Source of the DNA: Eledone cirrhosa
Taxonomy: Eukaryota
Length of the DNA: 64,000 nucleotides
Assembly: GCA_964016885.1 (NCBI GenBank)
Contig: OZ024743.1
Span: forward strand, 244,838,001 to 244,902,000
Direction of reading: 5' to 3'
A program made the translations under genes and the position numbers. Below the pieces are notes generated by a model that saw only the letters and a program-made list of their open reading frames with translations, ran no database searches and had not been told where the DNA came from. Positions 12,095 to 27,240 of the stretch are shown piece by piece. Every line of letters starts with the position of its first letter. Positions within the stretch are counted from its first letter, which is position 1.

Positions 12095-15000
12095 TTATCT
12101 CTTTCTCTTAATTTCGAGTACATTTTTTTTGACCGGCCACCTTCCTGGTGGCAAGGTTGGAAAAGAAAAGAAATTGTCATCCCTTGAATCGCAAGAATGT
12201 TTTGCAAATTTTGAAGGTGCCAGCTATCGCAGCCATTTGTAGACTATGAATTAGGGAGCTGCGCTTTTTGTCCGCAAATCCAAGTTCAGTCATACTTTGG
12301 TCCAAGCGGGTTGGTATATAACCCGTAGCTCCAATAATGATGGGTATGAAGCTAAAGGTGTATCTTGGATACTGGATTTGTAAACTCCTCATCAATGGTC
12401 CGTAGATGTCCTCCTTCTCCTGTATTTTTCTGACAACGTTTACATCAAGTGGGCACCTGATCTCCACAACAGAACACGTTTTCAATGTGTGGTCCGAAAC
12501 AACAATATCAGGCCGGTTGTGCTTTAATTTGGTGGCAGTTTTTATTTTCAGGTTCCACCAGTATTCCTTAGTGCCATCTGTCTCAGTATATTCTTCCTAG
12601 TTTGTTGTTAATTTTGTTTTCCGAAGTGCGTTCCAGATGGTTCTAGCTATCCCATCGTGTCCCATGGGGAGGTAGTAGCGAGATGACATTCTTTCGCAGC
12701 TGGCAACAATGTGGCTTACATCCTCGATCTTTGTTTTACATAGCCTACATTTATTGTCAGCTGCTGGCCCTCCTCTTTTGTGCAGCAGATATTTGGTAGG
12801 GAGTTCTTGTTCCTGTATTGCATAGAGATATCCCTCAAGGTGTAATGTCATAAACATGTCGGAACTCCATGCCAGGCTTTTTGAGTGGTATATTCCCTCT
12901 ATGGTCTGTGTTTTACGCCTCAAGTATCCATGCACAACTTTTTCTGTAAATTGGTCAATTTTTTTATCTTGTTTGAACATTGAATAGGATCTTCCGATTT
13001 CTCTGGGTGAGAGATTTATATCAGGCTTTATTCCATATCTCTCCTCCAGATCAGTCGCTATTCTAATGATTTTTTTTTTCATGCTCATAAACCTGAGCAA
13101 GATGGTTGCCAACCTTTTTCCTCTGTTGAAGGTGTTGCTTCAGTGTTACTATCCGGGTCTCATATGTTGTTAATATTGAATTTAGACCCCGGCCACCTTC
13201 CTTGCGTGAGAAGTATAGTCTATCCACATCACCATTGATGTTAAAGTTCCCAGTAACACTGAGAAGTTTTCGAGTTCTAACATCCATCTCACTTAGTTCT
13301 TGCAATGACCAGTTCAGCAGGCCAAATGTTGGCGTTAGAATTGGCACAGCATAAGTATTGTGGGCAATGTATTTGTTGTACGCTGACAGTTCTGATGACC
13401 ATATTTTCTTTACTCTTCTGAGGTATTCAGTTCTGGTTCTCTCCTTATTTATGGGTCCATCATATCTGACATTCTCATCCTGTCCAAGATATCTGTAGTT
13501 GTCACCTGACTGCAGAGGTTGTATTGTCAGGCCGTTCATCTCTAGATTTCTAGAGGAGGGCACAGCTCTTCCACGTTTTACTGCCAAATATGCACACTTG
13601 GACTCACGAAATTTCATTTTGATGTCGGTTGAAAATTGTGTAATGAGGTCCAATTGTTTCTTGATGTCATTGATATTTGGCCCATACAACTTCAGGTCAT
13701 CAACAAAGAAAAGATGGGAGATACTTCTGGGCCCACTTCTTTGTCCACCTTGTTTCCTGAGTAGGTAAGATAGTGGATTCAGTAAGAGAACGAAGAGTAG
13801 CACTGACAAGCTATCACCCTGAAAGATGCCCTTCTGGTAATGTATCTTATCAGTCTTAACTTGCTCCTTCTCACCTCTAAGGATCAAATTGGTGTACCAG
13901 TTCTTGGTCAGGCGTTCAACAGCAGCTACCAATGGTTGTGGGACTTTAGCTAACTGTAAAGCCTTAATAATCCACCCATGAGGTACACTATCCAATGCTT
14001 TTTGATAGTCCAGCCACACCACAGTCATGTTTCTGCGATTCTTTGTTGTTTTTTCCTGAATCATTTTGTTAGTTAGTAGGTGATCTATGCAACCCCACAC
14101 CTCCCTCTTTCCACCAGATTGCTCAGGTGTTATGATGTTGTTGGTAGCACAGTGATCCTGTAAGAACAGGTTAAGGCACCCAGTATATAATTTATACATG
14201 ATGTTTTGGCAGGCTGGGCGGTAATTTTTAGCAAGGGTGGTTTGGCTATTTTGGGGAATGAGGAGAGTAGTGGCAGTTGATAACCATCTGGGCAGTTCTT
14301 GTGTGCCTTTAATGGTTTCTGTAAACAGCCGTATGAGATCTTGCCGATAGAAAGTGAAATTCTTCAACCAGTATCCTGTAATGAGGTCTGGGCCTGGCGA
14401 TTTCCTATTCGACATTTTCTGTAGAGCTGTTTCCAGTATTGACCCATCTATGTCATATTGTTTTGTCTGGACATGTTGGCAGTAGTCCTGTTCCAGTTCT
14501 TTTAGCCAATTAGCTTGTCTGTTGAATCCGTCATCCGTTTCCCATACAGATCTCCAGTAGCTCTCAACCTGTTCTTTTGAAGGGGTGTCGTTTACAGGGA
14601 CTGAGCTTTTGCCACCGAAGCTGCGATAAACTGATTTAGGGTCTCTGGCAAACAATCTATTTAGCACTTGTTGTTTATGTGCTGTTGACTTATATTTTAG
14701 TCTTTCTGTTGTAGCTGTGAGTTGTTTCAACTGGTGTAATTTGGAGTTCAAAGTTTTAAATTTTGTATCTCCAAATCGTCTCTCTAACTTTTTCTTTAGG
14801 TTTTCCTGGTGTCGTGTGAAGTTGCTCTCTATGTTGCATTTCATAACGACTGCGATGTGTGAGATACTTCGTCTCAGAGACAAAATTTTGGTTTTTAAAT
14901 TTCGCATCCACGCTGGTTCAGGCTTTCTGTTTGTATCTTGATTGCGTGGTTTTAGATGTGTGTTATATGATAGCAATGTGACAGCTGAAACATATAACAA

Positions 15001-15297
15001 AACATTAAGCGTTTCAAATGTCGTTTCTACACCTTTAGATCATATAGCCTTCAGATAATTGCCAGCTATTTCGTTCACCGCTTCCAATTCCAATTTAGTG
15101 GGTGCTTTACTGATTCTGGTGTTGTGTGGTCTGTCACTCATATTAAGGCTGTGTATCTCTTGAAACATATCGTTCCATATCACTTGTAGGGTGTCCACAA
15201 GTTTTTGGTGCTCTGTTTGTTCAGTAGAGTCCTGAATTTCAGCCCCGTTGTTGATGTGGTGACAATTACTACTAGAGTTAGCTGACCTTTCTCGCTG
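12095..15297 (-). mobile_element. R4/Dong-like RLE non-LTR retrotransposon (RT, CCHC knuckle, PD-(D/E)xK endonuclease), frameshifted
   Basis: ORF 13063..15000 has KSPGPD, DYQKALDSVPH, GIFQGDSLS, FFVDDLKLY, YRYLG and GGRGL. It continues in 12597..13112 (CRLC...HIVASC...GHD) and 12177.. (RPDIVV...VVE). Flanked by (TATG)n. Confidence 0.92.
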
Positions 15298-15519
15298 TAT
15301 GTATGTATGTATGCATATGTTTCTTTTTTCTTAGTTTCAAATTTATTTTTACTGTCACTTCTCGGTAGCAAGATTCTAAAGAAAAGGAACTTTCCACCGT
15401 CCCTTGCGTAATCGGTTATCATTTCAACCTTAAAAATATCTAAAATTTTGAAAGTTTCAGATATCGGGTCCACTTGTGGCTTAAGAATTAAGAAAAGACG
15501 TTCCTTCTCTAAGAACCCA

Positions 15520-15960
15520 ATTCCAGTCATACTTTGGTTTAGACAGGTTAATATGTATATTATATCTTATAGCTCAAATATCATTTCAGTATGAAACTGA
15601 ACGTGTATTTCGGGTATTGGGTCTGCACACTCCTCATCAATCGTCTGTAGATATCTTCCTTTTATATTTTTCTTACTACACAAACATTGAGAAGGCAACT
15701 GACTTCTACAACAAAGCATGTTTTTAATGTACGATCCCAAACAACAATATCAAGCCAGTTATATTTTAATTTGGTGGCAGTTTTTATTTTTACGTTCCCC
15801 CAATATTTGTTTGTGTCGGGCGTCTCAACATGTCCATCTCTATTCGTTTTTGCTTTCATTTTGTCTCAATACCGATAAGACATTCTCAGTTGGTATCAAT
15901 GTGATTATCATTTTCAGTCTTTGTTTATTTTGCTTACATTTATTGTCAGCTGACAATTTC
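15520..15960 (-). mobile_element. Older, degenerate fragment of the same RLE family
   Basis: ORF 15662..15859 KIKTATKLKYNWLDIVVWDRTLKTCFVVEVSC matches the 16081 ORF. Confidence 0.8.
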
Positions 15961-15976
15961 TCTCTTTCTGGGAATT

Positions 15977-17155
15977 TCTTGTTCCTGGATTGTTTGTTAT
16001 CTCTTTCTCTTAATTTCAAGTATTTTTTTTTTTTGACCGGCCACCTTCCTGGTGGCAAGGTTGGAAAAGAAAAGAAATTGTCATCCCTTGAATCGCAAGA
16101 ATGTTTTGCAAATTTTGAAGGTGCCAGCTATCGCAGCCATTTGTAGACTATGAATTAGGGAGCTGCGCTTTTTGTCCGCAAATCCAAGTTCAGTCATACT
16201 TTGGTCCAAGCGGGTTGGTATATAACCCGTAGCTCCAATAATGATGGGTATGAAGCTAAAGGTGTATCTTGGATACTGGATTTGTAAACTCCTCATCAAT
16301 GGTCCGTAGATGTCCTCCTTCTCCTGTATTTTTCTGACAACGTTTACATCAAGTGGGCAGCTGATCTCCACAACAGAACACGTTTTCAATGTGTGGTCCG
16401 AAACAACAATATCAGGCCGGTTGTGCTTTAATTTGGTGGCAGTTTTTATTTTCAGGTTCCACCAGCATTCCTTAGTGCCATCTGTCTCAATATATTCTTC
16501 CTCGTTTGTTGTTAATTTCGTTTTCCGAAGTGCATTCCAGATGGTTCTAGCTATCCCATCATGTCTCATGGTGTGGTAGTAGCGAGGTGACATTCTTTCG
16601 CAGCTGGCAACAATGTGGCTTACATCCTCGATCTTTGTTTTACATAGCCTACATTTATTGTCAGCTACCCTTTTGTGCAGCAGATATTTGGTAGGGAGTT
16701 CTTGTTCCTGTATTGCATAGAGATATCCCTCAAGGTGTAATGTCATAAACTTGTCGGAACTCCATGCCAGGCTTTTTGAGTGGTTTATCCCTCTATGGTC
16801 TGTGTTTTACGTCTCAAGTATCCATGCACAACTTTTTCTGTAAATTGGTCAATTTTTTTATCTTGTTTGAACATTGAATAGGATCTTCGATTTCTCTGGT
16901 TGAGAGATTTATATCAGGCTTTATTCCATATCTCTCCTCCAGATCAGTCGCTATTCTAATGATATTTTTTTTTTCATGCTCATAAACCTGGGCAAGATGG
17001 TTGCCAACCTTTTTCATCTGTTGAAGGTGTTGCTTCAGTGTTACTATCCGGGTCTCATATGTTGTTAATATTGATTTTAGACGCCGGCCACCTTCCTTGC
17101 GTGAGAAGTATAGTCTATCCAAATCACCATTGATGTTAAACTTCACAGTAACACT
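15977..17155 (-). mobile_element. 5'-truncated second copy of the Dong-like element, near-identical to 12095-13260
   Basis: ORF 16081..16746 has CRLC, RHD and RPD...E; same 3'UTR hairpin gccacc-aggaa-ggtggc; 5' end abuts (TATG)n. Confidence 0.92.
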
Positions 17156-17227
17156 GTATGTATGTATGTATGTATGTATTTCTATATGTATGTATGTATA
17201 TATGTATGTATGTTTGTATGTATGTAT

Positions 17228-18370
17228 GTATGTTCTTCTGGTTTTATAATTTCACAAAGTTTTACCAATAGAGAGAGAGTCGGTTTCTAACATAGACACA
17301 AGACTCTCTCATTGGAATTTACACAACATCAACTAGATAGATATGTATGTATGCATGTGTAGATATGGATGTTATTGTATGTGTGGATATGTATGTTTTG
17401 AGTTGTATATGTGCATGCTTTGTATCTGTAGATGTGTATATGCAGTTATTAGATGCAAAATGTTTGGAATGTTTTACATATTTTTACTGTTCCATTAATG
17501 GATTGTACTTGTAATTTCCTAACTAGTTGTGTTCTTTCTGTTCCTGTGAAGCCTAGCTTCTCAAGATTTGTATTGAGGCAGTTGCTAACATATCCCAGTG
17601 CCCCAATAATCACAGGCATAAATCTGAAGGTGTAATCAGGGTGGAGTATCTGCAGATTTCTCATCAGTTTTGCATAAATATTCTACTTTTCACTAATCTT
17701 TGATATTATATTGGCATCTGCTGGGCAGCTAATTTCCACTACTGTGCATGTTTTCTTCTCCCTGTCCCATATCATAATATCTGGTCTATTATGCCTGCAT
17801 TTTATTGGGGTTTTTACTGGAACATTCCACCAGTACTCGTTCATATTATGTACATGGATGTCTTCCACATTGTTGTGTTTTGGCCACTACATTATGCCTC
17901 ATAGGTAGATAGTACCGCGATGACATCTTTGGACAGCTGCTGATGACATGGGTGATATCCTCGACGTCAGTTCTGCAGAGTCTGCACTTATTATCACGTC
18001 TAGGTGTTTTGCCTGCATCCCTATCTCTTTTTTGAATCAGGTATTTCGTGCTAATCGTCTGTTCTTGGATTGCAAAAGCGTATCCTTCAAAGGGGAGCCA
18101 ATATAGCGGTTGTTGGTCCAAGATAGACTACTTTCCTTATCTATATTACTCTCACTCTGGAGCTTCCTGGCAACATATCCATGCATGATTTTTTGCTGAT
18201 AGGCATGCAGTTTTTCATCTATGGATTCAATGCGATCCTGCTGAGCGACATCCCTGGGTGTGAGTTTTTGATTATCACACAGGGAATATCTCTCAAGGAG
18301 TTCCTTCCCAACTCTCATGATCTTATCTGTTTCATGCAGATAGACTTGCTCGAGAAGCGGGCTACTATGT
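17228..18370 (-). mobile_element. 5'-truncated RLE element of a second Dong-like family with its probable 3'UTR
   Basis: Peptides CRLC...HVISSC...MRHN, RPDIMIWD...VVEISCP and VIIGALG...KICKTF. The segment from 17228 is duplicated at ~18805-18877. Confidence 0.85.
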
Positions 18371-18374
18371 TGAT

Positions 18375-18581
18375 TAGTTCTCTTTTTGGGGTAGTGTTTT
18401 CGATGCTCAAAGAGTGGGATTGGTCGAGTGCAAGGCCTTTCCCCACTTAAAAAACCTTCAAAGCACAGGCATTGCTTGTTCAGATTATGTTACAGGTTCG
18501 TGTGGCTGGCTGTAGCTTACAGATACATTTTCTGTAATCTGACAAGCGATTGCAATACTCTTAGCAGAGTTTGCACCCATT
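18375..18581 (+). mobile_element. 3' part of the short RTE-like non-autonomous element seen at 31175
   Basis: Matches 31490-31697 and ends in (ATGT)n. Confidence 0.7.
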
Positions 18582-18592
18582 ATGTATGTATG

Positions 18593-18780
18593 TATGTTCT
18601 CTTAATTTCAAATATATTTTTGACCGGCCGCCTTCCTGGAGGCTAGGTTGTAACAGAAAAGAAATTGTCATCCCTTGAATCGCCAGAATGTTTACCAAAT
18701 TTCGAAGGTGCCAGATATCGCAGCCATTTGTAACCTATGAATTAGGGAACGGCGCTCTTTGTCCACAAATCCAAATTCAG
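18593..18780 (-). mobile_element. Very short 3' end of Dong-like family 1
   Basis: Matches 12105-12290; flanked by TATG repeats. Confidence 0.85.
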
Positions 18781-18875
18781 TATGTATGTATATATGAATG
18801 GATGTATGTTCTTCTGGTTTTATAATTTCACAAAGTTTTACCAATAGAGAGAGAGTCGGTTTCTAACATAGACAC

Positions 18876-18993
18876 ATAACTTAACAAATCATATAGAGTT
18901 ACAGACCAGGTGAGAAAAAATATTGTACAGAACTAAATTATGTTGGAAAAATATCAAAACCATTGCAACTCTATATGATTTGTTAAGTTATAT
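18876..18993. repeat. Inverted repeat with ~27-bp arms
   Basis: ataacttaacaaatcatatagagtt / aactctatatgatttgttaagttat. Confidence 0.8.
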
Positions 18994-19597
18994 GCCATTA
19001 TACTTTAATATTGTTATTATAGTGTTATTGTAACATCTATATTGTTTGTGCAAATTAACCGGAGATTATCTATTATATAATTATATAGTTTTATTATATA
19101 TTATATGTTTACTTTTAATCTTTTATTCTTCATTTATTCTTCATTTTATACTGTAAATAATATATGTATTATATTTTTATCCTTATTTTTATCTTTACTT
19201 TTATTCTTCTTATTATTATTATTCTTATTTATATATAAACTCTTAATAAGGGTTAGTTTGTGCTTGGATTGGTGGAAATGTGTATTGATATATATGTATA
19301 TGTGTGTACATATGTATATATATATATATGTATATTGGGCCTTTTAATATTATTATTATTATTATCAATTATATTATATTATATTATATTATATATAGTG
19401 CAATAATTCCCGCTCTATATTACCACCTTGTTTAGCTTTAGTTTTTGCATTGGACTATATTTGTAAAATGGTTCAAAATGTTATTCACTTCCTTAGCAAT
19501 TTTTACTTGATATTTTCCTATGCTTTAATGTTGGTACACTCCATATTCTTCTGAGTTTTTTGGCTTGTATTGGTCGATAGTGCTTCTTATAGCTTTA

Positions 19598-19642
19598 ATT
19601 GCCCTGATGAGTCCTTAATAGGACGAAACATTGTTGGCTAAT
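19598..19642 (+). ncRNA. Minimal type I hammerhead ribozyme
   Basis: gcc-CTGATGA-gtcc-ttaata-ggac-GAAAC-att-GTT-ggc; all core nucleotides present. Confidence 0.85.
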
Positions 19643-19814
19643 AAGACTTTTGATGTATTGAAGGCTTCTTTGGTTTATTTTCATAATTCTTCGGCTCTGT
19701 TTAATTACATTGAGCTATACTTTTACTGTCATTTCTATAATACGAAGAGGGTGTTTAACTCCAACACACTCTAGTATTTTAATTCTTATATATATATATA
19801 TATATATATATAAT

Positions 19815-19913
<99 letters not shown>

Positions 19914-20861
19914 GGGAGGGTGGGAGGGGTAAGACGAGTGGCTGGTAGTTTTACGGAGACAAAAGAAAGTGAGAGCGCTTAGAAAGGGATAAGAATATAA
20001 ATAGATATAAAGCGTAAAGAGATTAGGAGAGAATAGGAGGAAGCTGTGGGATTATATGTTGGGGAAGGAAGGTATTCTCGTGTTTTGTTATTGTGTGTTA
20101 TTCTGTTATTCCAAGTGTGCAGAAACTATCAGCACATGTTGATGTTGATCACTGCAACAGAAATCTTTTGTTAAGCCTGTACCTGTACCTCTCCCTCTTC
20201 CACCACCACCACCACTACCTCTACCACTACTACATCTACTCCTGTCACCACTCCTCCAACTGAAACATCGTTAGTTCTTTCTACTGCACCCACCCCCCCA
20301 CCTCTATCGCCACAACAACAACGACATCTGCTCCCACCTCTCCTACTAAATACACCATTAGCTCTTTCCACTACCACCACCACCACCACCAACACCAACA
20401 CAACAGTATCTATTGCTCCCACCACTCCTCCAACGAAAACACCATTAATCTTTCCACTCCCCTCACCACCAACACTACACCTACACCTTTCACCACAACT
20501 ACTAAAACACCGGTAGTTCTTTCCACAATCATATTTACTTTTAAAAATCCACCGCCTCCTCCACTACAGCCATATCAATAAAGGTGGTGGAAATACGCGG
20601 GAGTGTGTGTCTAAGTGAGGGGTGCATTGTGTGGTATATAGGTGAGATGGAGCTGAATGAGGCTGTGGCTTTTAAGGAAAGTTGCGGCTGCAGGAGAATG
20701 TTGTATAAACGCCAAGATTATGCTGGTTGCCATGAGTAACGGTAGTAGCCTATAGATCGTGTTGTTGTTAGTGGTGGTGGTGGTTCGCTATATTTAGGTC
20801 GTTACAGATTTAAGACATTGCTCTATGACATATCATTAATGTTATCACTTATCGTGGGAAT

Positions 20862-20911
<50 letters not shown>

Positions 20912-21054
20912 CAAGGTTTAGCAAATAAGAAAAAGTTTTAAAATAAATTTTAAAAAATTCACTATACCTGCTGTAGTTACCTTTACCGAACGGTTTCGAG
21001 TCTCAAAAATAAATGGATATATATATATGTGTATGTATATATATATATATATAT

Positions 21055-21125
<71 letters not shown>

Positions 21126-21339
21126 TGTCATTTAGTTTGTCTGACTTGTTTAGCTTGACTTGTTTTTTGGCTTAGGTGTTTAATGACTTCTTGACCGCCT
21201 TCTCAGTTTTGTATGCCCTTTATAACCCATGTTTATTGTTCTGGTCTTTTTAGCCCATGGAGCGCTTGCCAGCATGACTCAGAATTTGCGTTACGTTTCG
21301 CTTTTTCTACCCGCCGAAATGTGATTCTCGCTGAATCTA

Positions 21340-21412
<73 letters not shown>

Positions 21413-21414
21413 GG

Positions 21415-22818
<1,404 letters not shown>

Positions 22819-22829
22819 TATATATATAT

Positions 22830-22955
22830 AACGAAGGAGGTGTGGTAAGGAACCAGATGGACCATAACGTTCGACGGCTATTTCTGGACTGAAATAGTCC
22901 AGAAATAGCCGCCGAAACGGCTTGAGCTCTGCCGTCGGGGTTAAACTTTTTCCTA
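22830..22955. mobile_element. Family C pLTR-like fragment with an inverted tail
   Basis: Inverted tail (ataacgaagg...gaaccagatggaccataacg) joined to stem II-GAAACGGC...GCCGTCgggg. Confidence 0.7.
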
Positions 22956-23070
22956 TATATATATATATATATATATATATAGATATAGATAGAGAGAGAG
23001 AGAGAGAGAAAGGTAGAACACTGGAAGGTAATATCCGTAGTGGTAGAGCACTCAGTCCATGGGACGAGTT

Positions 23071-23116
<46 letters not shown>

Positions 23117-23165
23117 AAGTAATTCCGAAGATTTTTTCTTTGCTTTTTCTTCGGAATTACTTAAC

Positions 23166-23226
<61 letters not shown>

Positions 23227-23242
23227 TATAATATTATAATAA

Positions 23243-23476
23243 TAAAAGGACGATTTGTTAAGTCTTCATTACGTTTATTGAGTAGTGACGCGCGTTTCGC
23301 TATTGATCAGCTCAAGGTTCGATCTGCCATTACCACAGCAGAGGTCTGACGAGCTTTTGATTCCAGAATCGGGCTTGATACAGGCTTTTGATACATATCG
23401 AACCTTGAGCTGATCAATAGCGAAACGCGCGTCACTACCTCAATAAAGGTAATGAAGACATAACAAATAGTCCTTT

Positions 23477-23478
<2 letters not shown>
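23243..23478 (+). mobile_element. Fold-back pLTR-like element with ~80-bp inverted arms containing a hammerhead
   Basis: Arms at 23243-23323 and 23397-23478; AATAAA follows the ribozyme. Confidence 0.8.
23341..23441 (+). ncRNA. Type I hammerhead ribozyme
   Basis: ggt-CTGACGA-gcttttgat...atcaatagc-GAAAC-GCGC-GTC-act; palindromic stem III. Confidence 0.75.
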
Positions 23479-23530
<52 letters not shown>

Positions 23531-24351
23531 GTATGTGTGTGTATATATAAATGCGATGTTTTCCTCGTTGTCAGTGAGTAAAAAGGCGGGAATTGTTGTT
23601 GCTTCTTAAGCTGCTTTAACATACGTAAACCCGTTTTTGCTTCTTATTCGCGACATTTATAACATCATCATCCCCAACTCCACCAACTCTACCAGCACCA
23701 GCACCACCACTGCCACAGCCATTATTATCACCGTCAATATCATAATCACTACCACCACCCCGACCACCATCTTCATCATCACCATCACCATCATCACCAA
23801 TATCATCGTCATCATTGATCTATCGATTATCTTATTGTTTAATTCAGACTAAGTAATAATCAGTCCGTAGAGAAAAATAAGATTAAGTGTCGATTAATTT
23901 TAATCGAATATATAGAAAGCTTTTCTGCATTGTTGTTGATTATTAAGCTTTACATTACCATATTTCAAATGAATGACAGTGGTTATAGCTTTCAAATAAT
24001 TATGAAGATTATCGAGAATGTGGAGGGATTTATTGATATAACTAACCTTCTCACTATTTATTTGGTATATGGAATATAACTTAACAAAACTTCTTACATA
24101 GAATTATGATGAAAGGTATGTTGGTAAATATATATTCTAGCTATTAGAAAAAGGAAAATGTTTTACCTTCGATTGAGGGGTGACTCAAGAAGAAGAAAGA
24201 AAAAAAAGTAACGGAAAACTTTAGAAAAGATGAGCCGCGGGTAGTATGCGCCTAACAAACAACGACCACACTTACCGTTCTATGTAGAATATATGCAGAT
24301 ATAACAATCTTGGGGTTTGCCTGTTTATCATCAGTTTATTTACCTCTATAG

Positions 24352-24560
24352 CAGTGGTTCCCAAACCTTTTTTACCCACAACGCCAGACCTGTCAACTTT
24401 CCCCGTCCGGCAGGGAGATCATCCACCCACTTTGGGGTGGAAATGGGTGTAACTTTCATTATGCAAAATCTCCCCATTTTGCCTTATTTCTCCCCGTTTT
24501 AGAGCATTTTTTTTTCATGGTACTCTCCGTTTGGGTTTTTAGAAGTTGGCAGGTCTGAAT
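24352..24560 (+). mobile_element. hAT-like (Charlie-type end) non-autonomous fragment; related copy on the - strand at ~45071-45255
   Basis: Starts cagtggttcccaaacc; internal sequence shared with 45071-45255. Confidence 0.6.
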
Positions 24561-25050
24561 GCACTTTAGAACAAGCAAAATATTTTGGCGCACTTTGTAC
24601 CTGATTTCTAAAATGTATTCAAAAGTGGAGTTTATACAAATTAACATAGCATTCAGTAAAAATATATATAATTAAAAATACAGAAAAATTATTTATGTCT
24701 TTCTTTAGTCAATACATGGAACAAAGTTATTAGTAAGAAACATTCGCTTGGTGTTTTTGGCAACGTTTTCATTCTTAGTTTAGCTGTTTTCCACATTGAC
24801 AGTTATAGATAAACTTTATTACGAATTTCAATTTGTATCTCATTTTGAAACAGAATCTTGATCTTTCGCGATACACCAGTTCTTGGGGCAAACAGTTTTT
24901 GGAATCACTACTCTAAAGAATTCAGAAGAAGATATACTTGAATTGTTTTCTTTTGTCTCTTTTTTCCCAGGCCTAAAAGAAGATTTGTGTTTAGAACTGA
25001 AATTTGCCTGAAGTCTTTTAATCCTCATGAGATTGCTTCAGGGTTGTTTA

Positions 25051-25199
<149 letters not shown>

Positions 25200-25274
25200 T
25201 ATATATATTAGAAAGTGAGGTTTTTTTACAAAATGAAAAAAAAAATGAGGTGTCCTACACGTGTGAAAGTATAA

Positions 25275-25355
25275 GAAAAAAAGATGAAATCGAAAATGCA
25301 ACTGGAGTTTTTTTTTAAAAAAGACTCCAGTTGTATTTTCGATTTCATCTTTTTT

Positions 25356-25357
<2 letters not shown>
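25275..25357. repeat. Hairpin with ~33-bp arms between (TA)n tracts
   Basis: gaaaaaagatgaaatcgaaaatgcaactggagt / actccagttgtattttcgatttcatctttttt. Confidence 0.8.
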
Positions 25358-25402
<45 letters not shown>

Positions 25403-25999
25403 TGTATGTATATTACACACACACACACACAGACATGCACACAACTGTCAGTTTTTAAATATTCATATATTAACTAAAATCTTTCATCAACATTTTATGT
25501 AAGAAAACCTTTGTAAAATTGTGTTCCAAACACCAGCTTGATATATCAATGAATGAAAATACATTGAATATTTTACGAAATCATCTTGATTATTTTGTAT
25601 AATTGACTAAATCAATCTCGAATATTTTCAAAATCAGTTGAAACTTAGGCAGTGTATTTTGTTAGAAATGCGGTAATGAAAGGGTTAGTTATAATATGGA
25701 CATAAATATAAGAAGGTTGCTTCCCGTTGTGTGACGCCATGGGCTTTGTCATAGCATCGGGTCAAACAAAATCTCGTAAGTAAATTGGGTCGACGGAAAC
25801 TTGTGTGAAAGCTCTTCGGATGGATCGTACTTGCAATTGAAAAATACAGCCATGTCACATACTGTGCCACGCTGATTCTGCCTGATAATTACGTTAAGGG
25901 TACATGTAACTCTCGAATACTCAAACACACGTTAATTCACAAGTTGGGCGTTCAGTTGATCGAATGGCTGAATGCTCATCGTCGAAACAGACGGGGTAA

Positions 26000-26046
<47 letters not shown>

Positions 26047-26152
26047 ATCATTATCATCGTTAGTTAGATAAACTGGACTTACGAAATATAAAATACCATA
26101 TCCTGGAGGAGCTGGTGCCGGGGTAATTAGCTCCTCAGGCTAGCTCTGTGGA

Positions 26153-26430
26153 GGCGCGTGGCCTAGTGGTAACGGTGTTGGACTTACGATCATAATGTCA
26201 TGGGTTCGATTACTGAGCTGGATTGTGTGTTATGTTCTAGAGGAAAACAATTCATTTCACGTTGCTCTAGAATACTCAGCTGAAAATGAGTACCAACAAT
26301 AGCTGGGAGTTTAACCCTGCGATTGACCTGGATTGTCCTATCCAGGGGTTAGTCTTGTACTTACAGTTACTTGACGTCATGAAATTGGGAGAACCACCGG
26401 CCTGACGGGCCTCCTGGCTTGAGACAGACA
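26153..26430 (+). mobile_element. tRNA-derived SINE (family B-like head)
   Basis: A-box tggcctagtgg, B-box gggttcgat, actcagctgaaaatgagtacc. Confidence 0.75.
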
Positions 26431-26515
26431 TTAAACTATACTTAGGCTAGCTCTAAATTGTGCATTCCTTCTGCCAGTTATGTGCCCTATTCTCCCAAAA
26501 TAAAATAATTCAAAC

Positions 26516-27240
26516 TTACATTGAGGTTATAACATGGAGATAATAACATTGAGGTAATAATATCGAGGTAATAACACCATGGTAATAACATGGTGGTAAT
26601 AACAGCGAGGTAATAACATCGAGGTAATAACATCGTGGTAATAACAGCGAGGTAATAACACCATGGTAACAACATCGAGGTAATAAAATTGAGGTAATAA
26701 CAATGAGGACATAACATCGAGGTAATAACATCGTGGTAATAATATCGAGGTAATAACACCATGGTCATAACATCGAGGTAATAACATCGTGGTAATAAGA
26801 TCGTGGTAATAACAATGAGGTAATAACATCGTGGTAATAACAATGAGGTTATAACATCGAGGTAATAACATCGAGGTAATAACTACGAGGTTATAATATC
26901 GAGGTAATAACAATGAGGTAATAACATCGTGGTAATAACATCGAGGTAATAACAGCGAGATAATAACATCGTGGTAATAACACCGAGGTAATTACAATGA
27001 GGTAATAACATCGAGGTAATAACAATGGGGTAATAACATCGAGGTAATAACAATGAGATAATAACATCGAAGTAATAGCAACGAGGTAATAACATCGAGG
27101 TAATAACTACGAGGTTATAATATCGAGGTAATAACAATGAGGTAATAATAGCGAGGTAATAACAACGATGAAGTAAAAACGAGGTAATAACAACGATGAA
27201 ATAACAACGATTTAATAACAACGATGTAGTAATATCGTGG
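26516..27240. repeat. 14-bp minisatellite (atcgaggtaataac)n with variants, ~50 copies
   Basis: Direct reading. Confidence 0.93.
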
